Origin: a virus
Lineage: Duplodnaviria; Caudoviricetes
Strand: one strand, 5' to 3'
DNA length: 64,000 nt
Virus record (IMG/VR): IMGVR_UViG_3300028805_000070
Location: 32,001 to 96,000 of that record
A program made the translations under genes and the position numbers. Below, one piece after another: positions 46,811 through 56,589 of this stretch (position 1 is the stretch's first letter; each line of letters opens with the position of its first letter). Under the pieces are notes generated by a model. That model worked only from the letters and a program-made list of their open reading frames with translations. It had not been told where the DNA came from and did no database searches.

Positions 46811-47299
46811 TTAGTCGTCAAATAGCCCATCTTCCAAACTAATTTCTTTGCGCTTTGTTTTATTTTCACGAATTGGCACAACGTATTCCTTCATTTCGGT
46901 ATTTGCAATTGCTGCGGCCATACTTGCCCCTTCGGCTTGTTTTTGTTCCTTCCACTTTCGTGTTTCTTCCATATTGCGCGGATTTACCAATCCCAATGTA
47001 TCAGAAAGTTTCTTCATCTGTTTTACATTGTAAATATAATCTAAGCAATCAATGATTGCATCGTCCGTATATCCGTACTCATTTTGAAGTCGTTTACGTT
47101 GTGTCCAGATTACTGGCCCTGGCGCCTTAATACCAAAAATTTGGCATACCTTATTTGAAAAGCGTTCGCGCGCCTGCTTCTCCGCTAAACATTTTGGACA
47201 ATACCAATTTGAAGTTTTACCTGTGATGGATGTATACTCTACCAATTCGGTTTTCCTAAATTGTTCTTTACATCCACTACACTGTCTTGTTAGTTTCAT
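46811..47299 (-). CDS. Zn-finger protein upstream of helicase (possible loader/adaptor)
   Basis: CSGC...CPKC; role from position only. Confidence 0.7.
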   Translation of the reverse strand: MKLTRQCSGCKEQFRKTELVEYTSITGKTSNWYCPKCLAEKQARERFSNKVCQIFGIKAPGPVIWTQRKRLQNEYGYTDDAIIDCLDYIYNVKQMKKLSDTLGLVNPRNMEETRKWKEQKQAEGASMAAAIANTEMKEYVVPIRENKTKRKEISLEDGLFDD

Positions 47300-47330
47300 C
47301 TATTTCACTCCTATACTATCTCTTTATTTT

Positions 47331-47359
47331 ATTATAGCATAGATTACGAAAAATGTCAA
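47331..47359 (-). promoter_or_regulatory. Sigma-A/70 promoter
   Basis: TTGACA-17 nt-TATAAT with TG. Confidence 0.88.
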
Positions 47360-47360
47360 A

Positions 47361-47383
47361 TAAAAAAGACCCTTGCGGGTCTA
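47361..47383 (-). terminator. Rho-independent terminator after tRNA-like RNA
   Basis: AGACCC-gcaa-GGGTCT TTTTT. Confidence 0.85.
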
Positions 47384-47384
47384 A

Positions 47385-47566
47385 AATGCTGGTGAGGATT
47401 TGCACCTTACATACGGGCTTTATTCTCCACGGTTCCGAGTTTTAATGTCCTCTGCGACTGGTACAGCTTTTTCGGCGCGTAGTCTCAACCCTCGCATGCC
47501 CGCCAACCGTCTACTGCTGCATTCCTGTGGATTTGTATTTGTGTCTACCTATTCCACCACTACATT
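47385..47566 (-). ncRNA. tRNA-like RNA (~180 nt) with Leu/Ser-type D arm, T arm and a ~125-nt structured insert in place of the anticodon arm
   Basis: 5' AATGTAG-TG-GTGGAATAGGTAGACAC ... TAAGG-TGCAAAT-CCTCA-CCAGCATT 3'; intergenic, followed by a terminator. Confidence 0.65.
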
Positions 47567-47570
47567 ATAA

Positions 47571-48566
47571 TTACATAAGCTGCTTTACTTCATCAATAAA
47601 GTATTCAACTAAGCTACTTTGAGAAGGTACCGCCTGACTTAGCTTAAAGTCCTCAGACCCGAATACTTTCTTAATAATATCCTTCATAATCATCAGATGC
47701 TGATCCTTATTCTCTTCACCGCCAAGGTCAAGATACTTAATCCAAATTTCTTTGGCTTCAGCCATAACCTCGCCGAATGGCCTGTCCTTAATTTGGGCGA
47801 TTTCGGTATGGTCAGTTACCTGTGCGCCATCTTTTTCAACTGCTTCATCAATTGCATCACCTATCGCATCCACCAACTCTTGGTAACCGAATTTAATTTT
47901 AGGTGCCAGATACTGATAGCGGCTTCCAGCAAATACTGTCGGTGTTGAACGTGTATATAGAAAACGTTCAGAAGTTCCATCAGGATTCATCTGCACCTGT
48001 AGATAACCAATAATATCAACAATTGAATTAATAATAGTATAAGCCTGATTTGGAAGATCTGGACATACAGCAGTAATTTCATTACCATCTTCATCACGCA
48101 TTTCAGTAGGCTTATCCTTACTATGCGCGATAAAAAGAATTCCAAAACCAAGTAGCGTAATCTCACGCCAGAATTCAGAGAACTCAGTTTTCAGCATATT
48201 CCAACCTTGTCCCCAAGGTACATCACGAATACTGTCTACATTCTCTCTCTGACAAATATATTTTTCACACAGCTGCCACGCAATAGAAGCAGTATCAACT
48301 ACGATACTATCATACATTTCCTTAGCCTGAGGTTTGCGTAGCTGTGTAAGAACTTTCTTAGCATCAGTCCAACGTAGAATAGGAACCGCGCGAATACCAG
48401 CTAGAGCATTAGTTCCTTGTTCAAAATTAAGGAATAGAGAACGAGGTAGCTGGCTACCAAACGTGGACTTACCAGTCTTAGGCTGGCCGTAAATCAGCAA
48501 GAACTTGCCTTTAAGGTCACGCGAAATCTTGGAGGGCTCCAAACTAAAAATATCAATATCTGCCAT
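47571..48566 (-). CDS. AAA (Sak4/AAA_24-like) ATPase, putative single-strand annealing protein
   Basis: YGQPKTGKST Walker A, IVVDT, GQGW, FIAHSK; adjacent to SSB. Confidence 0.85.
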   Translation of the reverse strand: MADIDIFSLEPSKISRDLKGKFLLIYGQPKTGKSTFGSQLPRSLFLNFEQGTNALAGIRAVPILRWTDAKKVLTQLRKPQAKEMYDSIVVDTASIAWQLCEKYICQRENVDSIRDVPWGQGWNMLKTEFSEFWREITLLGFGILFIAHSKDKPTEMRDEDGNEITAVCPDLPNQAYTIINSIVDIIGYLQVQMNPDGTSERFLYTRSTPTVFAGSRYQYLAPKIKFGYQELVDAIGDAIDEAVEKDGAQVTDHTEIAQIKDRPFGEVMAEAKEIWIKYLDLGGEENKDQHLMIMKDIIKKVFGSEDFKLSQAVPSQSSLVEYFIDEVKQLM

Positions 48567-48587
48567 TTTATTCACCTCTTTTCAGTA

Positions 48588-48617
48588 AGAAAAGGAAAGT
48601 AAGGCTTACGCCTTACT
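48588..48617 (-). terminator. Probable terminator after ssb-like gene
   Basis: AGTAAGGC-gtaa-GCCTTACT then TTCCTTTTCT. Confidence 0.65.
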
Positions 48618-49512
48618 CCCATTCATACTTCTTAGCATCAGAATTAGAACCACTGCCACCCTGGTTCTTAGTGCGAGACCGAGCATCAATCTGCATCTGC
48701 TCAATCATAGCCTTACGCTGATTGAATGCCTTTTTAATTTCAACTGGATCGTAGCTGAAATCTTCATCCTTTGCGGTGTCTTCGCCACCAGTAATAACTA
48801 GTTCGCGCACATAGGTGGTCGTAGTATCAGGGAGGTCTTCACCCCAACTACCGGTACCACCACCGGTACTTACTTCGTGCGAAGTAACACGAACACGACC
48901 CTTAACAAGCTGAGTTGTATTAGGTTCCCAATTACGGGAAACAAATTCTACCTTATCAGGAGCTTCTACAACAAAGTCTAGAACATCGAGCTTGCCGCCA
49001 TACTGTACGATACCACCCCGGACAATTAGACGACCAGTTGGATCGCCTTCCTTATCCACTTCATCGTGCATATCCATAATAAAGATTTCAGTTGTAAATG
49101 ATGCAATATCACTTAGCTTCGCGGAAGAGATGAAAGAACCGCGAATCTGGAATCCATTGATGAGATTACCGCTACGAGAGACAAAATTATTTTCAGAAAG
49201 CACACCGCTCGTAATACGCACTTGATCAGCGGCGTCAATACCGACATTCTGTGCGGTCTTTAGGTCTCGAAGTTCTATTAGAGATTTATAAGCTGGATTC
49301 TGCTTCCCTGTGCTAGTATAAGGAGTTGCAAAGAAACCAATTGGAATCTCGCTCATTTCCTCTTTCCCATCTACGGGCTGATTAACACGAATAGTGACGG
49401 TCGCACGCTTATATTCGCGCCCATCGGAAAGCTTTCCCTCACCAAAATCTACATTCATTAGCTTACCAACTAGATTCATCTTATTTGTTGCCTGTACATT
49501 AATATCTTTCAT
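48613..49512 (-). CDS. Putative single-stranded DNA-binding protein (tandem OB folds)
   Basis: Beta-rich two-domain pattern, flexible tail ending in aromatic/acidic YEWE, replication context. Confidence 0.7.
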   Translation of the reverse strand: MKDINVQATNKMNLVGKLMNVDFGEGKLSDGREYKRATVTIRVNQPVDGKEEMSEIPIGFFATPYTSTGKQNPAYKSLIELRDLKTAQNVGIDAADQVRITSGVLSENNFVSRSGNLINGFQIRGSFISSAKLSDIASFTTEIFIMDMHDEVDKEGDPTGRLIVRGGIVQYGGKLDVLDFVVEAPDKVEFVSRNWEPNTTQLVKGRVRVTSHEVSTGGGTGSWGEDLPDTTTTYVRELVITGGEDTAKDEDFSYDPVEIKKAFNQRKAMIEQMQIDARSRTKNQGGSGSNSDAKKYEWE

Positions 49513-49545
49513 TTTACTTTCTCCTTTTTATTTTATTTCTTACTA

Positions 49546-49929
49546 TTAAGCTTCTTTTGCGGCTTCCTTAGCGGCTTGCTTAGCGGCTTTCTTAGCAGCC
49601 CTTTCAGCGGCACGAGCAGCCTTCGCGGCTTCATCCTTCGCGGCCTTCTTGGCTTCCTCAGCAACTGGATCATAAGCCAAACCAGCCTCAGTTAGGGTAT
49701 GATATAGTACCTTATGAGTCTTCGCCTTACGAGTTTCAGTCGCAGGTTCATCTTCCACTACTTCTTCACGAGTAGTAACTGCATACTTCTTCTTAATTAG
49801 GGCATTAACAGAACCAGTTACCGCTGGAATTGTAATATCCAGAGCGTCACTAATCTGAGCCTTTGTTAGTTCTTCACCATAATGTTCCTTTAGATAATTC
49901 AATACACGTTCACTATTAACTGTCGCCAT
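49546..49929 (-). CDS. Winged-HTH protein with Ala/Lys-rich histone-like tail
   Basis: LTKAQISDALDITIPAVTGSVNALIKK..LTEAG; AAKAARAAERAAKKAAK tail. Confidence 0.75.
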   Translation of the reverse strand: MATVNSERVLNYLKEHYGEELTKAQISDALDITIPAVTGSVNALIKKKYAVTTREEVVEDEPATETRKAKTHKVLYHTLTEAGLAYDPVAEEAKKAAKDEAAKAARAAERAAKKAAKQAAKEAAKEA

Positions 49930-49976
49930 TTTTCATTTCTCCTTTTTATTCGGGTTTTTCCCTTTTCTATACATAT

Positions 49977-50005
49977 ATTATAATATAAATTTGACTAAAA
50001 GTCAA
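49977..50005 (-). promoter_or_regulatory. Sigma-A/70 promoter overlapping palindrome TTGACT-aaa-AGTCAA
   Basis: TTGACT-17 nt-TATAAT. Confidence 0.85.
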
Positions 50006-50008
50006 ATA

Positions 50009-50392
50009 TTATTCGTCCTTAATAATAAACTCTTCATCGGCGATTCGCATTGCCTCTTCATCAGATTCAGCTTTCAGAATCTTATCTAGCTTTGGCATCA
50101 GGTCAGTCTGATAGCCTGCAATAGCCTTTTTAAGCGCATCCATGCGGCTTTGCAGTGTTCCAAGTGTTACATAACATCCCACCAGTAACTTGGCGAAATC
50201 TCCCTTGGTAAGGGTACCATCAAAGTTCGTAGTAATTTTTTCGTGTAGGGCTTCAAAATCATCACGCATTGATTGCGCTGTTTCTACTCCCTTATCATCG
50301 CCTTTTTCGCGATCATACTCCATTACCTGCTCAGCTGATACAGCTGTAGCACGAGTTAGTTCTTTAAACAGTTCAAGATATTTCTTATCCAT
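50009..50392 (-). CDS. Hypothetical helical protein
   Basis: Track ORF overlapping gyrA end. Confidence 0.75.
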   Translation of the reverse strand: MDKKYLELFKELTRATAVSAEQVMEYDREKGDDKGVETAQSMRDDFEALHEKITTNFDGTLTKGDFAKLLVGCYVTLGTLQSRMDALKKAIAGYQTDLMPKLDKILKAESDEEAMRIADEEFIIKDE

Positions 50393-52235
50393 TCTTTACT
50401 CCTTTTACTGCGCGTCCAGTATTTTTATATTCAGAATCTCCTACCCACTTAGCTTCTTTTACATATCCATCTGTATCTAGTTTAATAGCTTTCACGCCCT
50501 TGGTAAGGCGCCCAGTGTAACTTAGTTCGGAAAGAGGATAACAATTATAGTAATCATTATTTCCAATAACTACTACTCTATCATCATCATCATCGCTACT
50601 TAGGATTACTGATATGAGTGAATCGCCTTCTTCCAGTTTAATTGCGGCCGTACCCTTCTTTGTACGAGTTAAATATTCTGCAATATGACTTTTCTTGATA
50701 AAGCCGTGTTTAGTTACACAAGTAGCTGATTGGAACGCATTAAAAGTACGAGAATCAATTAGAAGAAGTGGTGTTTCTGCGCCAATTGGGAATATATCTG
50801 CAAGCTTTGTATCCTTATCATACTTAATTTTACTAAGCGATTCACTATACATTTTCCCGCCAGAGGTAAATAGAATCAAAGAGCCAAGATTAGTTGTATA
50901 TAACGCTTCTCCACGTTTTCCTCTACTTACTTCCTTCTTAATTACCTTAATGGAACTTCCATTTTTAAAAACGATTACATCTTCCTCTTTGATTTCCTCA
51001 GGCTCTTCCTCATCGCCCAAAATATTCTCAATCTTGGTTCTACGAGCGTCGCCAAATTTTTGAGATACTAGATTTAGTATTTCAATTAATTTTTCATCTA
51101 AAGCGGTAGGTTCATTTAATAGGTGGTTACACGACCCAATAAATCTAGTAATTTCTGCCAGTTCTTCATTTATTTTAATACCGTCTAATCGGCACAAGCG
51201 CGATAGCTTCATATCTAGAATTGCATCAACCTGAGGTTCATTGAATTGATATTTAGCTATCAGAGCTTTCTTAGCTTCTGCTGGACTATCACTACCTTTA
51301 ATGATAGCAACCACATTATCAATATCAGCAAGCGCAATTAGTAATCCATTCAGGATATTTTCGCGCGCGAGTGCTTTATCCAAATCAAATTGAATCATAT
51401 TATGCTTGCACTGTCTAATGTGTGCAATATAAGCATCACATGCTTCGCGCCATCCAAATACTTTCGGGAAACGCCCACGGTCTAGCAAAATCATATTGAT
51501 AGAATAATGATTTTCTAGCGAAGTATCATGATAAAGTTTAGCAATCATCTTATCAGGGTTTTGTCCCTTAGAAAGATAGATACGAATATCTGCTTCCTTC
51601 TTGGTATGGTCTATAACTTTATCAATACCATATTCTGGATTATCATTAACCAAAGCCGCAAGCTGGTCCATTACTGTATTGGTAAACACACCATATGGAA
51701 GTTCGATAGCTTGAAGCATATTTTCCTTAGGCACGAACTTAATATTTGCGCGCAAACGAATAGATTTTCCTTTACCTACTCTTAGACTTTCTTTGACTTC
51801 CGCGGCATTAGTAATAGTACCGCCAGTTGCGAAATCAGGTGCACAATAAATATCATCATATGTGACTTCTGGATTCTGAATAATCTTAATAAGGGCATTA
51901 TTTACTTCTTTAAGATTAAACTGTGGTACAGAAGTAGCCATAGCAACTGCGATACCTTGACAGCCATTTACAATATTCCAATATCCGATTGAAGGAAATA
52001 CGGATGGAATCTGCTCAGTACTATCATAGTTATCATACCATTCTGTAATAGCATTTTTCTTAAGGCCATCAAACATAAAGTCTGCAACTTCACCCGCTTT
52101 CATTTCAACATAACGGGCGGCCGCATGACTATCTGGAGATGACGGGTTGCCGTAGCTGCCTTGTACATCTTCGAGTGGGTAGCGACTTGACCAAGGCCGT
52201 GCCGCACGTATGAGCGCGTCATACATTGCTACATC
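50385..52235 (-). CDS. gyrA: Type IIA topoisomerase A subunit (GyrA/ParC-like), exon 2
   Basis: DVAMYDALIR, AAARY catalytic Tyr, NGCQGIAVAMAT, PDFATGG; short CTD. Confidence 0.92.
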   Translation of the reverse strand, partial: DVAMYDALIRAARPWSSRYPLEDVQGSYGNPSSPDSHAAARYVEMKAGEVADFMFDGLKKNAITEWYDNYDSTEQIPSVFPSIGYWNIVNGCQGIAVAMATSVPQFNLKEVNNALIKIIQNPEVTYDDIYCAPDFATGGTITNAAEVKESLRVGKGKSIRLRANIKFVPKENMLQAIELPYGVFTNTVMDQLAALVNDNPEYGIDKVIDHTKKEADIRIYLSKGQNPDKMIAKLYHDTSLENHYSINMILLDRGRFPKVFGWREACDAYIAHIRQCKHNMIQFDLDKALARENILNGLLIALADIDNVVAIIKGSDSPAEAKKALIAKYQFNEPQVDAILDMKLSRLCRLDGIKINEELAEITRFIGSCNHLLNEPTALDEKLIEILNLVSQKFGDARRTKIENILGDEEEPEEIKEEDVIVFKNGSSIKVIKKEVSRGKRGEALYTTNLGSLILFTSGGKMYSESLSKIKYDKDTKLADIFPIGAETPLLLIDSRTFNAFQSATCVTKHGFIKKSHIAEYLTRTKKGTAAIKLEEGDSLISVILSSDDDDDRVVVIGNNDYYNCYPLSELSYTGRLTKGVKAIKLDTDGYVKEAKWVGDSEYKNTGRAVKGVKNG

Positions 52236-53523
52236 CAAATGTTATTATCGTTTAGCTTTTTATCTAAACCTCTGGAGATTTCTCTCATTTTCATCAACTA
52301 GTCTTTTCTAGTTCAGTTTAGCATATCTTTTCACGTTATTACGCGTCGCGGCCTCGTGGAGAGATTATATCTTTTCACTCTCTATGCGTTGCCCCTGACT
52401 ATACTATGTATAGCCTTCGGTTCGGATTAGCAGTTAAGCTTTCCCGCTTAATTCCGCGATTTAGTCACGGCAATATTGCATATATAAATTATATTTTCGG
52501 TCCAGATAGATATGACTATCATCATATAATAAATGTAATATATCTTGTGAAATATTCTTTCCGCCAACAGCAAACTTATAAATTATCCCATGTGGATGAA
52601 TATATTTCTCAAAATAGTTTTCCCAGTGTAGTTGTTGTCCCAAAAAATTTCTTACATAAGTTAATATTTCTTGAGATCCAACTAATCCTACACCATATTG
52701 TGTGCTACGAATATATCCATCTCCATCTAATAATCCGCGAATATACGCAATTTCCAATGCAGTTGAAGAACATTGATAAGGAATTTCTTTACCGCTTTTT
52801 CCTTGAAACAGTCTATATTGTTTCAAATTGTTAATTAACTGTCTTCCGCAGATGGTAACAGAGTAAACGATGTTATCTTGCGTATATGCCCCACCCGTAT
52901 GCTGTTTAATTACCTATGGGATTTCTTCTTCAGTAAATTGCATATATCGTAAAAACTTTTTTAAATGTTCTAAATCAATTTCTCCTAAATTGATATTTAG
53001 CCATCCATTAGTTTCATTGATATATCCATCCGCTGTAATAAATCCTAACCAATATGCATCTTCTTCTGTTTCAATCTTGGAAAAAGCATTCTAATTATTA
53101 CTATATTTATAATGCGGTTTATATTCTTCTCCTAAAATATTTAACCAATTTTTAAATGTTCTACTTATTGTAGTAGAATTAAACATTCTTTGTAATTCTA
53201 AATATTTAATATGAGGATGACTTAAATAATAATCAATCATTGCCAATTCATTATCATCAAAGCCATAACAGTAACCATCATCTTTAAATATAGTATAATA
53301 ATCAATTTCTGGCATAGTTTTACTTACCGCATTTCTATCTACGCCAAACATTTTAGATATCTAAGTAATACTTTGTTCTGGATGCTCAACTGCATATTTT
53401 GCTGCATTTAGAATATTTTGTGATTTCTTTTTCATATTCATCGCCTCCACTATTATAGTGGGTTAGATGAACAAAATATATAACATTTTCTTCCGAAAAA
53501 AATAATTTTTTGTCATCTTACCT
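52236..53523 (-). mobile_element. Group I intron in gyrA (HG|D)
   Basis: Exon ends CACGGU, intron ends ...AUUUG; IGS GCCGUGA (52465-52471) pairs with UCACGGU; P10 GCAAUAUU pairs with GAUGUAGC; P7-type GCAACGCAUA/AAGAUAUGCU. Confidence 0.9.
52461..53435 (-). CDS. Intron-encoded double-motif LAGLIDADG homing endonuclease with N-terminal HTH (324 aa, TAG=Gln)
   Basis: YWLGFITADG and YIRGLLDGDG in one frame after read-through of 3 TAGs; GGAGG SD. Confidence 0.88.
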
Positions 53524-53748
53524 ACCGTGAACGTAGCTCTGGCTCATTGCCGCGGCTACGCTTTTTTGAGCCTTCTGGAATTTATCTTTATGAGTAAGTT
53601 TATTTGTAAATTGAGCGTACAATCCTTGACGCAATCCTATCTTTAAAAAGTCTCGTACATCCGGTAATGCCCTTTCTTGAGCAATACTACTACCGTACTT
53701 TAGAAATGCATCTTCAATTGTTTGCTGAAAATCTACTTGCTTAATCAT
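53524..53748 (-). CDS. gyrA: GyrA/ParC-like subunit, exon 1
   Basis: ERALPDVRDFLK..KAQKSV..YVHG. Confidence 0.92.
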
Positions 53749-53772
53749 TTCCTCACTCCTTTCTTTTTATTT

Positions 53773-53801
53773 ATTATAACATAAATTTAAATATCAGTCA
53801 A
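53773..53801 (-). promoter_or_regulatory. Sigma-A/70 promoter for gyrA
   Basis: TTGACT-17 nt-TATAAT with TG. Confidence 0.85.
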
Positions 53802-54638
53802 ATATTCATCAAGATTTTTATAATTATATGGAATTTCAATCAATCTTAGATTATGAGCCTTGCAGTAATTTCTTTTAAGCGTATCATGTATTTTTTGAAT
53901 TTTAAATTGCTCTTCACCGCCAAAAAAATCTACAGGCTGATAATGCTGTATTCCTTGAAATTCAATTAAAACAGGTTTATTCAAAATTTTAAAATCAAAG
54001 CGTAGATAACCATCATTGATACCTTTTAAATCTTCAAAAGTATCTTCAATATTAAATTTTATATTATGTTCAAGCAACCATTTTTCAACTGCCTGCTCTC
54101 CTAAAGAGCGTTGGCCTTTATTAATTTCTGCTATATTTTTAGCAATAATACTGGCATTTGTATAAGTATTATCTATATTGTGCGGTAAACTATCTAAACG
54201 AGAGGATTTAATTTTCCCTGTTTTAATATTAATAACTTTATAATAAGTATGACCATGTGCTATATCTGTAGTATAATCAACTGCATTTATAAACCAGTCA
54301 CCACGAATTTCCCCAATATGCTTACCAGTAAGATTATTTAGATTAATTTCTTCTGCGGTTCGTTTTTGATATTTCCAAGTATCTTTTGTGTATCCTTCAG
54401 GGCGCCTACTTTTTCTCCCGCATTCAGGACATCTACATGTACGACCACTACGAATACGATCAATACGCCCATCATATAAAATACCACTATTACAAGCGGT
54501 ACAAGCATATTTTATACTTGGGCGGCGTGTTCCAGATGGATCAATAATAATAAATGGTTCACTTTCAATTCGTATAAGCGTACCAGGATAAATTTCTCCA
54601 ATAATAAAATCACTATAATCTCCACGTTTATGTGCCAT
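53787..54638 (-). CDS. Free-standing PD-(D/E)xK (Vsr/DUF559-like) endonuclease with Zn ribbon
   Basis: CTAC..CPEC; SLGE, LRFDF, LIEFQGIQHY, HDTLKRNYC..LIEIPY. Confidence 0.8.
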   Translation of the reverse strand: MAHKRGDYSDFIIGEIYPGTLIRIESEPFIIIDPSGTRRPSIKYACTACNSGILYDGRIDRIRSGRTCRCPECGRKSRRPEGYTKDTWKYQKRTAEEINLNNLTGKHIGEIRGDWFINAVDYTTDIAHGHTYYKVINIKTGKIKSSRLDSLPHNIDNTYTNASIIAKNIAEINKGQRSLGEQAVEKWLLEHNIKFNIEDTFEDLKGINDGYLRFDFKILNKPVLIEFQGIQHYQPVDFFGGEEQFKIQKIHDTLKRNYCKAHNLRLIEIPYNYKNLDEYLTDI

Positions 54639-54650
54639 TTATATTCTCCT

Positions 54651-56516
54651 TTAATTATTCAAAATATTAAAATCCACATTATCAAACAAGAAATCCCGGC
54701 GTCCCTCAACTTCCGTACCCATCAGCATTTGTAGCGATTCAGCCGCAGCTTCGGCATCACTTATAGTTAGAATTTCCAAACGCCGATTTGTCGGGTGCAA
54801 CATTGAACCTTCCATATCCTCTGATGTGCACTCCCCGAGGCCCTTAAAACGGGATTGCTCCCACCCAGACCGAGTTTTTCTTAACTCAGCAAGCTCATCC
54901 TCATCATAAGCATAAACGTGCTGATTTCCTTTGCTCAATCTATAAAGGGGCGCGCGCAGCCATCCAAGTCGTCCTTCCTCAATGAATTTTGGCATTAGGA
55001 CATAGAAGAGCGTAGTGATAAGACACATAATATTGTAGCCGTCTACGTCAGCATCGACTGCAATTGCGACTTTTCCATAGTTAAGTTTCTTACTATTATA
55101 TCGGTCCTGAATGCCGCACCCAAGTGCCATGATGATATCAGATACTTCCTGATTTGCCAAACATTCATCAAGCGGATGCTTCATTAGGTTCTTAACCTTT
55201 CCGCGTACTGCGTACAATGCTTCAGTTTTTACATCGCGCGCAGGCATTAGGCCACCTAATGCAGAATTACCTTCGCATATGATAAGCATTGAATCCTGAC
55301 CGTGCTTTTCACAATCCTTAAATTTATCAGAGGAAGTAACCTTACGCTTGCGCTGTTCGGTTTCTTTTTTCTCCATATTAAGGATTGCATTACGAGCTTT
55401 TTCCGCGGCGGCATCAGCGCGGGCTTCCTTAGTTAAAAGCCCAACGATTTTATCAAAATCTTCTCTATTCTTAGATGCCCAGTCTTTGATAGCTTCCGTA
55501 AACACGGTCTGCGTATAACCGCGCAATTCCTGATTTTGAATCTTATCCTTAACCTGATTCTGATAAACAGGATGTGGGTGCTTAATATTGATAATAGTAA
55601 CAAGCCCTTTACGAATCATATCGCCATCGAATGATTCTTTTGACAAGTCATTTATAGTACGAGTAAAAGCTGTTTTCATCCCGCTCACAGGCGTACCACC
55701 GCCACTATTCAAAGCACCATTAGAAAATACGTAGCACTTTTCACGCCCAGCAGTCCACTGCGCGAAAACTTCAATATCAATATCTCCATCAAAAGTCTTG
55801 GCGCTATAAATATATTGTTTATGAAGCGGCTTGGTAATATTGTTTGCGGCAAAATCTTTTAATCCATTCTTAGATAGAAATTTCTCTTCTTTTCCATCCG
55901 CTCTATATATAAAAGTAACATTGGGAATAAAGTAACTAGTTAATTGTAGTTCTTTCCTAATGCGCTCTTTATCAAATGAAGGAGTATCTTCACTTAAATG
56001 GAATATGGTCTTATCAGGCTTAAAATACACTGTCGTACCTGTTTCTTTTGTAGCTCGTATTCTGTTCGCAGTAGAAGATTGTGGTATGCCGTCTTTGAAT
56101 ACAATGTTCCATTCTGCTCCGTCTCTACGTGTCCAGACTTCAAAGATTTCCGAGCAAACGCACACTGTACTTGACCCAATACCGTGCATACCACGAACTC
56201 TTTTATAGTTAGTCGAATCAAATTTGCCAGAAGAATGAGCAGAAGTATATATTTCGATGAGTACTTCTTCTGTATCTTTATTTTTTCCATGTGGCACTCC
56301 CGCACCTTTATCGGTGACTTTAATGTCATTATCATTAACTTCTACTGTGATTTCATTGCCGCGGCCCATAATCGCTTCATCACAGGCATTATTTAGTATT
56401 TCCAAGAAGCAGTTAAACATCGCATCTTGTCCGTCTGCTCCAATATACATACCGGGAGTTGATCTCGCCGCAGTACGAAAATCCCGTACCTGTATTGAGT
56501 CTGCATTATATGCCAT
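54651..56516 (-). CDS. gyrB: Type IIA topoisomerase B subunit (GyrB/ParE-like)
   Basis: PGMYIG, EILNNACDE, GMHGIG, EGNSA, RGKVKN, DADVDG, RFKGLGE. Confidence 0.95.
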   Translation of the reverse strand: MAYNADSIQVRDFRTAARSTPGMYIGADGQDAMFNCFLEILNNACDEAIMGRGNEITVEVNDNDIKVTDKGAGVPHGKNKDTEEVLIEIYTSAHSSGKFDSTNYKRVRGMHGIGSSTVCVCSEIFEVWTRRDGAEWNIVFKDGIPQSSTANRIRATKETGTTVYFKPDKTIFHLSEDTPSFDKERIRKELQLTSYFIPNVTFIYRADGKEEKFLSKNGLKDFAANNITKPLHKQYIYSAKTFDGDIDIEVFAQWTAGREKCYVFSNGALNSGGGTPVSGMKTAFTRTINDLSKESFDGDMIRKGLVTIINIKHPHPVYQNQVKDKIQNQELRGYTQTVFTEAIKDWASKNREDFDKIVGLLTKEARADAAAEKARNAILNMEKKETEQRKRKVTSSDKFKDCEKHGQDSMLIICEGNSALGGLMPARDVKTEALYAVRGKVKNLMKHPLDECLANQEVSDIIMALGCGIQDRYNSKKLNYGKVAIAVDADVDGYNIMCLITTLFYVLMPKFIEEGRLGWLRAPLYRLSKGNQHVYAYDEDELAELRKTRSGWEQSRFKGLGECTSEDMEGSMLHPTNRRLEILTISDAEAAAESLQMLMGTEVEGRRDFLFDNVDFNILNN

Positions 56517-56544
56517 TTTCTCACCTCTTTCTTTCTTACAATAT

Positions 56545-56573
56545 ATTATATCATAATTTAAAAAAGAAGTCAA
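56545..56573 (-). promoter_or_regulatory. Sigma-A/70 promoter for gyrB; -35 lies in an inverted repeat (56565-56590)
   Basis: TTGACT-17 nt-TATAAT; AGAAGTCAATT..AATTGACTTCT. Confidence 0.85.
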
Positions 56574-56589
56574 TTATTTAATTGACTTC

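Noticed and set aside
47385-47566. Amber suppressor tRNA or tmRNA
   Set aside because: No 7-nt loop with a CUA anticodon; it has a full D arm, lacks an Ala acceptor and is too short for tmRNA
50385-53748. GyrA made as two separate polypeptides
   Set aside because: Group I core, P1/P10 pairings and the exact HG|D junction indicate splicing
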